Of a DNA stretch of 64,000 nt, positions 36,182 to 48,806 are shown piece after piece; position 1 is the first letter of the stretch; the number at the start of each line of letters is the position of its first letter. The notes under the pieces were generated by a model that saw only the letters and a list, made by a program, of their open reading frames with translations, had not been told where the DNA came from and made no database searches. The DNA comes from Actinomycetota bacterium (GTDB lineage: Bacteria; Actinomycetota; Actinomycetes; S36-B12), in assembly GCA_016870515.1 (NCBI GenBank), contig VGBL01000006.1, positions 38-64,037 on the forward strand. The letters run 5' to 3'. The translations under genes and the position numbers were made by a program.

Positions 36182-36594
36182 CACCGCAGTCCGCGGGAGT
36201 CGCCCTGATCAGGCTCGCCGCCGTCGCACTGGCCGGCGTCAGCATGGGGCTCGTGCTCGCCACGTTCGGCACGGGGGCCTCGTCTGCCGACGAGGAAGCC
36301 GGGCTCGCGACCGTGCAGGTTGCCGTGCTGTTCTTCGGACCCATTGCCGCGCTGCTTACGCTGACTTTCATCGTCGTGCTGGCACTCACCCGCCCAGCAT
36401 CGATGGCCATGCCATCGCGTCGGCGCGCCGCTCGGAGCGTCTGCGTGGCCTACGGCGTAGCCGGACTACTGGCGGGTGTTGCGCTCATGTCATTGGCCTG
36501 GGCATTGATCGGCAGCGTCGTCGCAGCCGGCTGTTCGGCCGGCGCCTGGTGGATGCTGCGAGAGCAGCCCGCCAGGGGCCGGCCCCGTGTCTAG
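36178..36594 (+). CDS. Small integral membrane protein (about four TM helices), unknown function
   Basis: 138 aa. The ATG overlaps the upstream stop (ATGA). Hydrophobic segments are separated by short charged loops. Confidence 0.55.
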   Translation: MTPQSAGVALIRLAAVALAGVSMGLVLATFGTGASSADEEAGLATVQVAVLFFGPIAALLTLTFIVVLALTRPASMAMPSRRRAARSVCVAYGVAGLLAGVALMSLAWALIGSVVAAGCSAGAWWMLREQPARGRPRV

Positions 36595-37498
36595 GCAGGG
36601 CGCGGCACGCCTCGTTGGTCGAGTTCGGCCACGATGCGCGCGTAGCGCTCATCGATCCTGCGCGCAGTCTTCTCGTCATAGTCGCGACGCCAGCGCCCCA
36701 CATGAGCCTGCTGGGGAAGGACCTTCCCGTCGAACCATCGGCGCGTGCGGCGCGTGGGCTCGAGGCCGAGGGCACCGAGCAGCCGTTCGAGGGTCTTATC
36801 GCGGCTGGCAACCGCGAGTTCGTGCAGTTCGATGCGAACGACGCTCCCCGGCGGACTCGCCTGCTCCGCGCGCCAGGCCTCGATCATTCGGTCACGCCAG
36901 GCATCGAGGCCGGCGAAGACCTCGGTGGGCCCGAAGTGCTTGGAGACAAACGATGCTGCGACGTCGCGGCCGTCACGCATCATGTGGACCACCACGCCGT
37001 CGGGGAAGAGGGCCAGCACACGATCAGCCGCTCGCGCATTGGCCGGGGTCGTGTCGACCCAACGCAGGCCCGGGTCTCGCTTGGTCCGCGCCGAGACGAT
37101 CGTCTCGGTAAAGCGGCGGGACGCGGCATAGGAATCGGTGGGGAACTCGGCGAGGTAGCGATCGCACACGACGGTCATCTCATCGCGGGTCAGCTTGCGA
37201 AGAAGGCCGCCCACCGCACCGGAGGGCTTCACCCGCTCGTACCAGTGGTTCCACAGCGTGTCGACTACCTGCTCCGGCGTGACCGTGCGCCCGGAGGTCT
37301 GGCGACCCGTAGCCGTGGCATATGCCTCCGCGACGCCTCCGGCCGATGCGATGAAACGCAGTTCGCGAGGATTGGTCGTGCGCAGGTCGCGATGCGAGCC
37401 CAGGAGCCTGCCGGCGATCGTCGTGCCACTGCGACCGGTGCCACCCACGAAGATCGGTCGAACGGGGGCGTCGCGAACGACGACCTCTCCTTCGACTC

Positions 37499-37502
<4 letters not shown>
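36591..37502 (-). CDS. Sulfotransferase family protein (PAPS-dependent type)
   Basis: 303 aa. A 5'-PSB-like loop [11 protein letters not shown] and a 3'-PB-like [11 protein letters not shown] are present. GTG 37502 overlaps the secA stop (GTGA). Confidence 0.8.
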
Positions 37503-40291
<2,789 letters not shown>

Positions 40292-40300
40292 CGCAGCAGT

Positions 40301-40948
40301 CTAGACGGGGCCCCTGGGGACGATCTCCACGAATCCCTCCTGGGCGGCCCGCACGACCGCTTCAGTGCGTGAGTGCACCTGAAGCTTCTCGTGAAGGCTG
40401 CGGACGTGGTTCTTCACGGTGTTCTCGCTGATGAACAGCTCATCGGCGATCGCGCGATTGCCAAGCCCGCGGCCCATGAGTTCCAGCACCTGGCGCTCAC
40501 GGCGCGTCAGCGCGGGCACGCTGCCCCGCGCAGCTGTGCCCGCCTGCTCCCACAGCGCGCCCCGATCACCGGCGGCGAGATCCGACCGCCCCTGAGCGGC
40601 CGATGACACCACCCTGGCGAGTACGTCTTCGTCGACATCGCGATCGATGATGCCTATTGCGCCCGCGCTCAGTGCGACCGTGAGGTCGAGGGCACCTCCC
40701 TCGCGGCCGACGACAACCACGGCGATGTCGTCGCGCGAGGCCCGGATCGCCCGGACACCACGGAGCGCGCCATCGTCGAGCGCGACATCCCACAGGCAGA
40801 CGCAGCGCCCGGCCAAGCGGACCACTGCCTCGGCATCGGCCGGCTCGCCGATCACCGACACCCCGGGCGTTGCCTCGAGGACGGCGCGAACGCCGCGTCG
40901 GAAAATGGGCGATGCGTCAGCGATCGCCACACGCACGTCATCGCTCAC
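40301..40948 (-). CDS. Orphan LuxR/NarL-type regulator with atypical receiver domain
   Basis: GTG 40948 lies 10 nt after the comF stop. The C-terminal HTH reads LTRRERQVLELMGRGLGNRAIADELFISENTVKNHV. The receiver-like N-terminus lacks the conserved T/S and K by manual alignment to NarL. Confidence 0.8.
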   Translation of the reverse strand: MSDDVRVAIADASPIFRRGVRAVLEATPGVSVIGEPADAEAVVRLAGRCVCLWDVALDDGALRGVRAIRASRDDIAVVVVGREGGALDLTVALSAGAIGIIDRDVDEDVLARVVSSAAQGRSDLAAGDRGALWEQAGTAARGSVPALTRRERQVLELMGRGLGNRAIADELFISENTVKNHVRSLHEKLQVHSRTEAVVRAAQEGFVEIVPRGPV

Positions 40949-40958
40949 CCCCGCAACG

Positions 40959-41636
40959 CTAGCGTGACCGGTGCCCGGACTTCCGCAAAGTCGCGGCGAT
41001 AGCGGCTGCGAGCTGAGGCGGGCGACCAGATTCGGTGAGGGCTCGCGCAGCCTCCGCGAGAGTGGCACCCGTGGTGACGATGTCATCGACGAGGACGATC
41101 GCTCCGCTGCGGATCGCGCCCCGGACGCTCATCGCACCGCTCAGGTTGGCCTGGCGCGCTCGAGCGTCAAGCACAGCCTGATCGCGCGGTGTGCGCACGA
41201 GCACCAGCGATGAGCGCACCGATGCGCAGATCCCCCCGGCGCGTAACTCTCGCGCGGCCGCTCGCGCCACCCGGGCGAGCACGTCCTCGCCGCGAGCGCG
41301 CAAGGAAGGGCGCGATGGTGGAATCGGCACGAGCACGGCGTGCCCGACAATCCCGCTCGCCTGCAGTCCCGCCGAGACCGCGGATGCGAGCACCATGCCC
41401 AGGGCTCCCGCCATCCCGCGCTGACCACGCTCCTTCCACTCCAGGATCGCCTGGCGCGCCGGCCCCTCGTACGGCACGGCCGCGTAGACGGGCGGACAGC
41501 CCGACGGGCACGGGCTCGGGCGATGCGCGAAGGGATCAGCCCCCAGTCGCCCGGCACACGCTCGGCACAAGACGTCAGCGGGCTCGCGGCAGACGAGGCA
41601 TTCGCGTGGATGGACCAGGTCGAAGGCATCGGCCAT
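40959..41636 (-). CDS. comF: ComF family protein (phosphoribosyltransferase domain)
   Basis: N-terminal Cys pairs (CLVCREPADVLCRAC) and a C-terminal PRTase motif IVLVDDIVTTGATL are present. ATG 41636 is preferred, but upstream starts (41675, 41783) are possible. Confidence 0.75.
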   Translation of the reverse strand: MADAFDLVHPRECLVCREPADVLCRACAGRLGADPFAHRPSPCPSGCPPVYAAVPYEGPARQAILEWKERGQRGMAGALGMVLASAVSAGLQASGIVGHAVLVPIPPSRPSLRARGEDVLARVARAAARELRAGGICASVRSSLVLVRTPRDQAVLDARARQANLSGAMSVRGAIRSGAIVLVDDIVTTGATLAEAARALTESGRPPQLAAAIAATLRKSGHRSR

Positions 41637-41838
41637 CAGCCGGGAGAGCGGGCCGCTCGGTCGGACGTGACGCACGGGACAGGTGTGCCACGACCCATCC
41701 CCGCGGTCTAGGCAGGGGAGCCAGCCTGTGGAGAGGCGGGGATGCCGATCGCGAGTATGCTGGGCGAACCTGCCGGGAACCATCGAAGCCTCGTGACGTT
41801 CGCCGGGTCACTTCACGCAAAGTCCGAGGTGTACGTCT

Positions 41839-43284
<1,446 letters not shown>

Positions 43285-43307
43285 GACACGCGGAAAGACC
43301 GGCGGTC

Positions 43308-44078
43308 ATGGAGCAACCCGCGCCGCCGGTCCCTCGCGTGCGCCCCCCCGCCGACTACCCCGGGTGCCCCACCACGGTCGACCTGGCGCTGCGCGCCGGA
43401 CTATCGCTGCGCGCTCCGCGCTGGGGCATCGTCGACTTCCTGATCAGCCTCCTGGGCTTCGTCATCCTGTCCGTGCCGATCGTCCTCATCGGCGAGTCGG
43501 TTGACCTCCCGCTGTCGATGATCGTCATCCTCGGCACGGTCGTCCCGTGGATCGCTCTGGGTGGCTGGCCCCTCATCACGACGTGGTTCAAGGGCAACGG
43601 CCCGCGCATCGACCTCGGTCTCCGGCTGACCTGGGGCGACCTGGGATGGGGGGTGCTCGGGGGCTTCGCAGCGCTGATCATCGGTGGTGTCATCGCCGTC
43701 GGGCTGCAAGCGCTGATCCCCGACCTCAACTCTGCCGCCGCGGAGGTCGGCGAGGAACTCAAGGCCGACTCTTCCATCGCCGTCATGGCCATCTTCGCCC
43801 TCTGCATTGGCATCGGTGCTCCAATCGTGGAGGAACTGGCCTTTCGCGGATTGGGCTACGGCGCACTGCGCAAGCGCGGGGTTCCCACTCTGTGGGTCAT
43901 CGTCATCACCACGGTCGTATTCAGCCTCTTCCACCTGGAGCTGACCCGGATTCCGATCCTGCTGGCCAGCGGCGCAATACTCGGGATCCTGCGCTGGCGG
44001 ACACGCGGCCTGGGTGCCCCGATCGTGGCTCATGCCGTCAACAACCTGCCAGGAGCGGCATTCCTGCTCCTGGGGTGA
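43308..44078 (+). CDS. CPBP family intramembrane glutamic endopeptidase (CAAX protease-like)
   Basis: C-terminal 256 aa of ORF 42936..44078, starting MEQPAPP. Motifs EELAFRG, FSLFHLE and HAVNN are present. Confidence 0.85.
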   Translation: MEQPAPPVPRVRPPADYPGCPTTVDLALRAGLSLRAPRWGIVDFLISLLGFVILSVPIVLIGESVDLPLSMIVILGTVVPWIALGGWPLITTWFKGNGPRIDLGLRLTWGDLGWGVLGGFAALIIGGVIAVGLQALIPDLNSAAAEVGEELKADSSIAVMAIFALCIGIGAPIVEELAFRGLGYGALRKRGVPTLWVIVITTVVFSLFHLELTRIPILLASGAILGILRWRTRGLGAPIVAHAVNNLPGAAFLLLG

Positions 44079-44082
44079 CACC

Positions 44083-44769
44083 ATGGTCGACATGAGAGGC
44101 AGGGTCCTGGTCGTCGATGACGACGTCGCGCTGGCCGAGATGCTCGGAATCGTCCTGAGCGGTGAGGGTTTCGACGCCACGTTCTGCACCGATGGGGCAC
44201 TCGCCCTCGACGCCTTTCGCGACAGCAGGCCCGACGTCATCCTGCTCGATCTCATGCTGCCTGGCATGGACGGCGTCGACGTCTGCCGGGCCATCCGCGC
44301 CGAGTCCGGCGTCCCCATCGTCATGCTGACCGCGCGCACAGACACCGTCGACGTGGTGCTCGGCCTAGAGTCAGGTGCCGACGACTACGTCGTCAAGCCA
44401 TTCAAGCCCAAGGAGCTCGTCGCCCGACTGCGCGCGCGAATTCGACGTACGGACGAGCCGGGCGTCGGCACTCTCAGCATCGGCGACCTGACCATCGACG
44501 TGGCTGGCCATTCAGTGCGCCGCGGCGACGCTGTCCTTTCGCTGACGCCGCTGGAGTTCGACCTGCTCGTCTGCCTTGCGCGCACGCCGTGGCAGGTCTT
44601 CACACGCGAGGTGCTCCTGCAGGAAGTCTGGGGCTACCGGCATGCCGCTGACACCCGCCTGGTGAACGTCCACGTCCAGCGCCTGCGCGCGAAGATCGAG
44701 CACGATCCGGAGCACCCGCAGATCGTGCTGACCGTGCGCGGCGTGGGGTACAAGGCCGGACCGCCATGA
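44083..44769 (+). CDS. mtrA: Response regulator MtrA (OmpR family)
   Basis: The MVDMRGRVLVVDDDVALAEML start resembles M. tuberculosis MtrA. It is followed by mtrB and lpqB with ATGA overlaps. Confidence 0.93.
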   Translation: MVDMRGRVLVVDDDVALAEMLGIVLSGEGFDATFCTDGALALDAFRDSRPDVILLDLMLPGMDGVDVCRAIRAESGVPIVMLTARTDTVDVVLGLESGADDYVVKPFKPKELVARLRARIRRTDEPGVGTLSIGDLTIDVAGHSVRRGDAVLSLTPLEFDLLVCLARTPWQVFTREVLLQEVWGYRHAADTRLVNVHVQRLRAKIEHDPEHPQIVLTVRGVGYKAGPP

Positions 44770-46409
44770 CCCTCGGCCCGACGAGCCCGCCCGCTCCGCG
44801 GACTCGGACGGCACGCACCGGGCCACGCCCGACCCGTGTTTGGCGCCAGTCGCTTCTGCTGCGGGTCACTGTCACCACCCTGGTGCTCTCGCTCATCGTC
44901 GTCGGCCTTCTCGGCTTGCTCCTGCTGTCGCGCATCACGACCGGCCTCCTCGAGTCCGCCGAGCGCACGGCGATCACCGAGGCGAGCGCGGGCCTGTCCG
45001 ACGCGCAGCGGCTATCCAGCGCCGCCGACACCGGCGGCTCCACAGCGTCGCCGTCGAGCATCGTCGACACGATCGTGGCATCGCTCGCGACGCGAGCCGG
45101 TTCTCCCCCGCAGTACGACGTACTCCTACTCGCCGACGACGCTGAGCTCTCCGGCGCTCCCGAGCGCGGCACCAACCTGGTGTCGGATGAGAGCGTGCCG
45201 CCCACGCTGCGTGACGCGGTCACAACATCGGGCCGGCAGTCGTGGACCTACACCGAGATCCGCTACCTCGATGGACGCGCCGTGCCGGGCATCGTGGTTG
45301 GCGCTCCCCTGAGCATCTCCAGCGTCGCCGCGTATGAGCTGTACTACCTCTTCCCGCTCACCGAGCAGTCCAGCACGCTCGACCTGGTGAGGAGTGCCGT
45401 CGTCGGCACGGGCATACTTCTCGTCCTCCTCCTCGGCGCCATTGCCGTCATCGTCACGCGTCAGGTGGTGGCCCCGGTCCGGTCGGCCGCTCGCACCGCC
45501 GAGCAGTTCTCCGAGGGCCACCTCAGCGAGCGGATGCAGGTGCGCGGCGAGGATGACCTCGCGCGCTTGGCCACGTCATTCAACGAGATGGCCACCAGCC
45601 TCGAGGATCAGATCCATCGACTCGAGAACCTCTCGGCCGTGCAGCAAAGATTCGTCTCCGACGTGTCACACGAGTTGCGCACGCCGCTCACGACCATCCG
45701 CATGGCCGCCGACGTCCTCTTCGAATCCCGCGACGCGTTCGACCAGCCCACCGCACGCGCCGCCGAGCTCCTGCAGACCCAACTCGATCGCTTCGAAAAC
45801 CTGCTAGCGGACCTGCTCGAGATCTCGCGCTACGACGCGGGGGCCGCCATCCTCGATCTGGAGACCGTCGACCTCGACGACCTCGTCGCCCGAGCGGTGG
45901 AGGGTGTGCGCCCGCTGGCCGATCGTCGCGCGACCCGTATCTCGGTAGAGACCCAGTCGACACCCCTGCCGGTCGAATGCGATCCGCGTCGAATCGAGCG
46001 CGTCCTGCGCAACCTGCTCGACAACGCGGTTGAGCACGGCGAGGGCGAGCCGATCGACATCACGCTCGGAGGTGACGACGACGCCGTGGCGGTCACCGTG
46101 CGCGACCACGGAGTCGGACTCGCCGACGACCAGATCCAGCACGTCTTCGATCGCTTCTGGCGAGCAGATCCGGCGCGCGCGCGCCAGACCGGCGGCACCG
46201 GGCTGGGTCTTGCGATTGCCCTGGAGGACACCCGGCTCCACGCGGGGATGCTCGACGCGTGGGGCCGACCGGGCCAGGGGGCGTGCTTCCGGCTCACCCT
46301 GCCGCGCCGCGCTGACGTGCTGCTCGACGCTTCGCCGCTTCCGCTCCCCGACGACGGCGAAAACCACGACGCTCCCGTCGACGCGGTGGTGCTGGAGGAC
46401 GCGCGATGA
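44766..46409 (+). CDS. mtrB: Sensor histidine kinase MtrB
   Basis: 547 aa with two TMs, a HAMP domain, the H-box FVSDVSHELRTPLT and a G-box GGTGLGLAI. Confidence 0.9.
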   Translation: MTLGPTSPPAPRTRTARTGPRPTRVWRQSLLLRVTVTTLVLSLIVVGLLGLLLLSRITTGLLESAERTAITEASAGLSDAQRLSSAADTGGSTASPSSIVDTIVASLATRAGSPPQYDVLLLADDAELSGAPERGTNLVSDESVPPTLRDAVTTSGRQSWTYTEIRYLDGRAVPGIVVGAPLSISSVAAYELYYLFPLTEQSSTLDLVRSAVVGTGILLVLLLGAIAVIVTRQVVAPVRSAARTAEQFSEGHLSERMQVRGEDDLARLATSFNEMATSLEDQIHRLENLSAVQQRFVSDVSHELRTPLTTIRMAADVLFESRDAFDQPTARAAELLQTQLDRFENLLADLLEISRYDAGAAILDLETVDLDDLVARAVEGVRPLADRRATRISVETQSTPLPVECDPRRIERVLRNLLDNAVEHGEGEPIDITLGGDDDAVAVTVRDHGVGLADDQIQHVFDRFWRADPARARQTGGTGLGLAIALEDTRLHAGMLDAWGRPGQGACFRLTLPRRADVLLDASPLPLPDDGENHDAPVDAVVLEDAR

Positions 46410-48097
46410 GACCGGGAGCGCTGGCGCCTTTGCTCGCCGTCGCGGCCCTGGTCGCCGGGTGCGCCAGTATCCCTACCTCCGGTCCCATCCAGCAGGGACC
46501 GGAGGTTCCCGATGGGCAGGCCGACCAGGTCATTCGCGTCATCGTGCGGCCACCTCAACCTGACATGACGCCCACTCAGATCGTGTCGGGCTTCATCGAG
46601 GCATCCGCGTCCTTCGAGGACGACCACGCCATCGCGCGCCAGTACCTCACCGCCGATGCGGCCACCTCGTGGAACCCAACCGTGGGCACCCGCGTCTACG
46701 ACGGCGTTCCGACCCTCGCGCCCAACGGCCCCGCCGACGTGGACATGACAGCAACGCTGGCCGGGTCCGTCACGGCCGACGGGCATTTCCAGGTGTCTCC
46801 CGGACGACTGCTCACCGAGTCCTTCACCCTCGACTACGTCGAGGGTCAGTGGCGCATTGCCAACCCACCGCCCGGCCTGCTGCTGGCGCGCTCCGATATC
46901 GACCGGGCGTTCCGCTCGTACGACGTGTACTTCCTCGACCCCGAGTTCACGACGCTGGTGCCCGATCCGCGGCTCATCCCCGCCAACGGGGCCGGCCTGG
47001 CCACGTCGCTTATGCAGGCGCTGGCCGCCGGTCCCACCGATTGGCTCGCCCCGGCGGTGCGAACGGCGCTCCCCGACGGCGCGGGACTCGCGGTCAACGC
47101 GGTCCCCGTCGAGGAGGGAGTCGCCGTGGTCGACCTCGATGCGTCCGTGCGACTGGTCAACGACGCCACGCGTCGGGCCCTGTCGGCCCAAATCGTCTGG
47201 ACGCTGCGGCAGGTGCCCGGCGTCCTGGCCGTGGACCTGCGTGCCGGCGGACAGGCACTGCCGGTGCCGGGCGCCACGAATCCGCAGCCCGAGGACACCT
47301 GGCGCGGATTCGACCCCAATGCCATGTCCGCCGATGCCATGGCCTACGCGGTGCGCAGCGGACGCGTCGTGGAGGTCACCGGACCCGCACCGCGAGCCGT
47401 GCCCGGTGGCGCGGGCCTGGGGGCGCCTCCGCTCGATGGCATCGCGGTGAGCTTCGACGGCAATCACATCGCCGGCCTCGATGAACAGGGGGCTCTCTGG
47501 GCGGCCGAGACACGCGCGGGCGCACCAACGGTCGATCTGATCCGCGACCCGGGCCAGTCGCGCCCATCGTTCGGTCGGGGCACGTCCGCCTGGGTCATCG
47601 ACCCGCAGCAAGAACTCAAACAGGTCCTGTCCGACGGCACGGTCTTCACGATCCCGGTCGAAGGGCTGTCGACCAAGATCCGCATGGAGTCGGTGTCGGT
47701 AAGCAGGGATGGCACCCGGATCGCTCTCGTGGTGAGGCGCGGACCGCACACCTTCGTCATGCTCGCACTGATCGTGCTGCGCGAGGGAGCAGCGCGCGTG
47801 CAGTCGCCAGTGCGGGTCGATGCGCGATTGACCACGGTCACCGATGTCGCCTGGGCCGAGGATGATCGCCTGATAGTGCTCGGGGCCGAAGGGGCCGGGA
47901 CGCCCGCGGTCTACGAGATCGACCTAGCCCGCGCTGCCGTGCGTTCGCTGGGGGCTCCGCCCGACCCACTCCGCGTCGCGGCCGCACCCGGCTTCCCTCC
48001 CCTGGCGGCCTCCGCCGACGGACAGATCTACTCCTACGCGGGCGGACCGTGGATCTCCGCCGGGTTCGGCGGCAGCCCCGCCTACCCGGGCGGCTGA
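46406..48097 (+). CDS. lpqB: Lipoprotein LpqB (MtrAB accessory)
   Basis: 563 aa with lipobox LVAGCAS. It holds the conserved position after mtrB. Confidence 0.9.
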   Translation: MRPGALAPLLAVAALVAGCASIPTSGPIQQGPEVPDGQADQVIRVIVRPPQPDMTPTQIVSGFIEASASFEDDHAIARQYLTADAATSWNPTVGTRVYDGVPTLAPNGPADVDMTATLAGSVTADGHFQVSPGRLLTESFTLDYVEGQWRIANPPPGLLLARSDIDRAFRSYDVYFLDPEFTTLVPDPRLIPANGAGLATSLMQALAAGPTDWLAPAVRTALPDGAGLAVNAVPVEEGVAVVDLDASVRLVNDATRRALSAQIVWTLRQVPGVLAVDLRAGGQALPVPGATNPQPEDTWRGFDPNAMSADAMAYAVRSGRVVEVTGPAPRAVPGGAGLGAPPLDGIAVSFDGNHIAGLDEQGALWAAETRAGAPTVDLIRDPGQSRPSFGRGTSAWVIDPQQELKQVLSDGTVFTIPVEGLSTKIRMESVSVSRDGTRIALVVRRGPHTFVMLALIVLREGAARVQSPVRVDARLTTVTDVAWAEDDRLIVLGAEGAGTPAVYEIDLARAAVRSLGAPPDPLRVAAAPGFPPLAASADGQIYSYAGGPWISAGFGGSPAYPGG

Positions 48098-48139
48098 GGA
48101 TCCTGACCGACAGGGGCGGCTGTGCCGCCGGGCCAGTCC

Positions 48140-48806
48140 GAGCCGATTCCCCCACGGGCATGGCGGCCATCTCGATGGCCAGGAAGACGTCGATGACCAC
48201 GAGGAGAGTCCCGACCGCCATCGCTGCGATGCCGTCCCACCGGCCGTCGCCGGTGATCACCGCGGCGCTCACGCCGACAAGGGCGAAGACCAGGCCGCAT
48301 AAGGCGCCGAGGTATTCGAGCAGGGTGACCGGGAGTTCGGGCTGACGGGCGTCGCGGATGTAGCCCATGAGCGGCCGCTGGCCGCGCGGCCTATTGGCCT
48401 CACGCAGCGCCGTGCGGAATGAGAACGCCTCCAGCACTATCGCCACGCTGAGCACGGCGAAGGCAATCCATGCATCGCCGAGATCCTCGGGATGCTGGAA
48501 CTTGTGCAGGCCCTCGTAGAGCGAGAACAGGCCGCCGATCAAGAAGAGCACGATCGACACGACGAAGGCGTAGACGTAGCGGCGACGGCCGTAGCCGAGG
48601 GGGTGCTTCGCGTCTGCGGGCTTCTGCGACCTCTTGCGGCCAATGAGCAAGAGCACTTGATTGGCGGAGTCCGCTACCGAGTGGATGGCCTAGCACAGCA
48701 TGGACGACGAGCCCGTGAAGGCGAAGGCGATGAACGTGCTGAGGGCTATGCCGAGGTTGGCTGCCAGGGCGGCGACAACGGCCTTCATGACGCCCTTGGT
48801 GCTCAC
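48140..48806 (-). pseudogene. Cation diffusion facilitator (CDF) transporter pseudogene: in-frame TAG plus missing C-terminal domain
   Basis: From GTG 48806 the frame reads VSTKGVMKAVVAALAANLGIALSTFIAFAFTGSSSMLC*AIHSVADSANQVLLLIGRKRSQKPADAKHPLGYGR... The TAG at 48692-48690 sits where homologues have Glu. CDF-like sequence stops near 48140, and the rest of ORF 47838..48656 is Arg/Pro junk overlapping lpqB. Confidence 0.7.

Noticed and set aside
41637-41838. SAH riboswitch, or the missing 3' end of the CDF gene, at the left inversion junction
   Set aside because: None of the three plus-strand frames shows CDF C-terminal-domain-like sequence. The conserved SAH-riboswitch segments are absent by eye.
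47838-48139. C-terminal 100 aa of ORF 47838..48656
   Set aside because: The Arg/Pro-rich sequence lies antisense to the 3' end of lpqB and is not CDF-like. I treat it as a non-coding read-through of the truncated pseudogene.
48690-48692. In-frame TAG in the CDF gene as programmed read-through or pyrrolysine
   Set aside because: No pyl genes or read-through context are visible, the gene also lacks its C-terminal domain, and a single G-to-T change from GAG explains the TAG.
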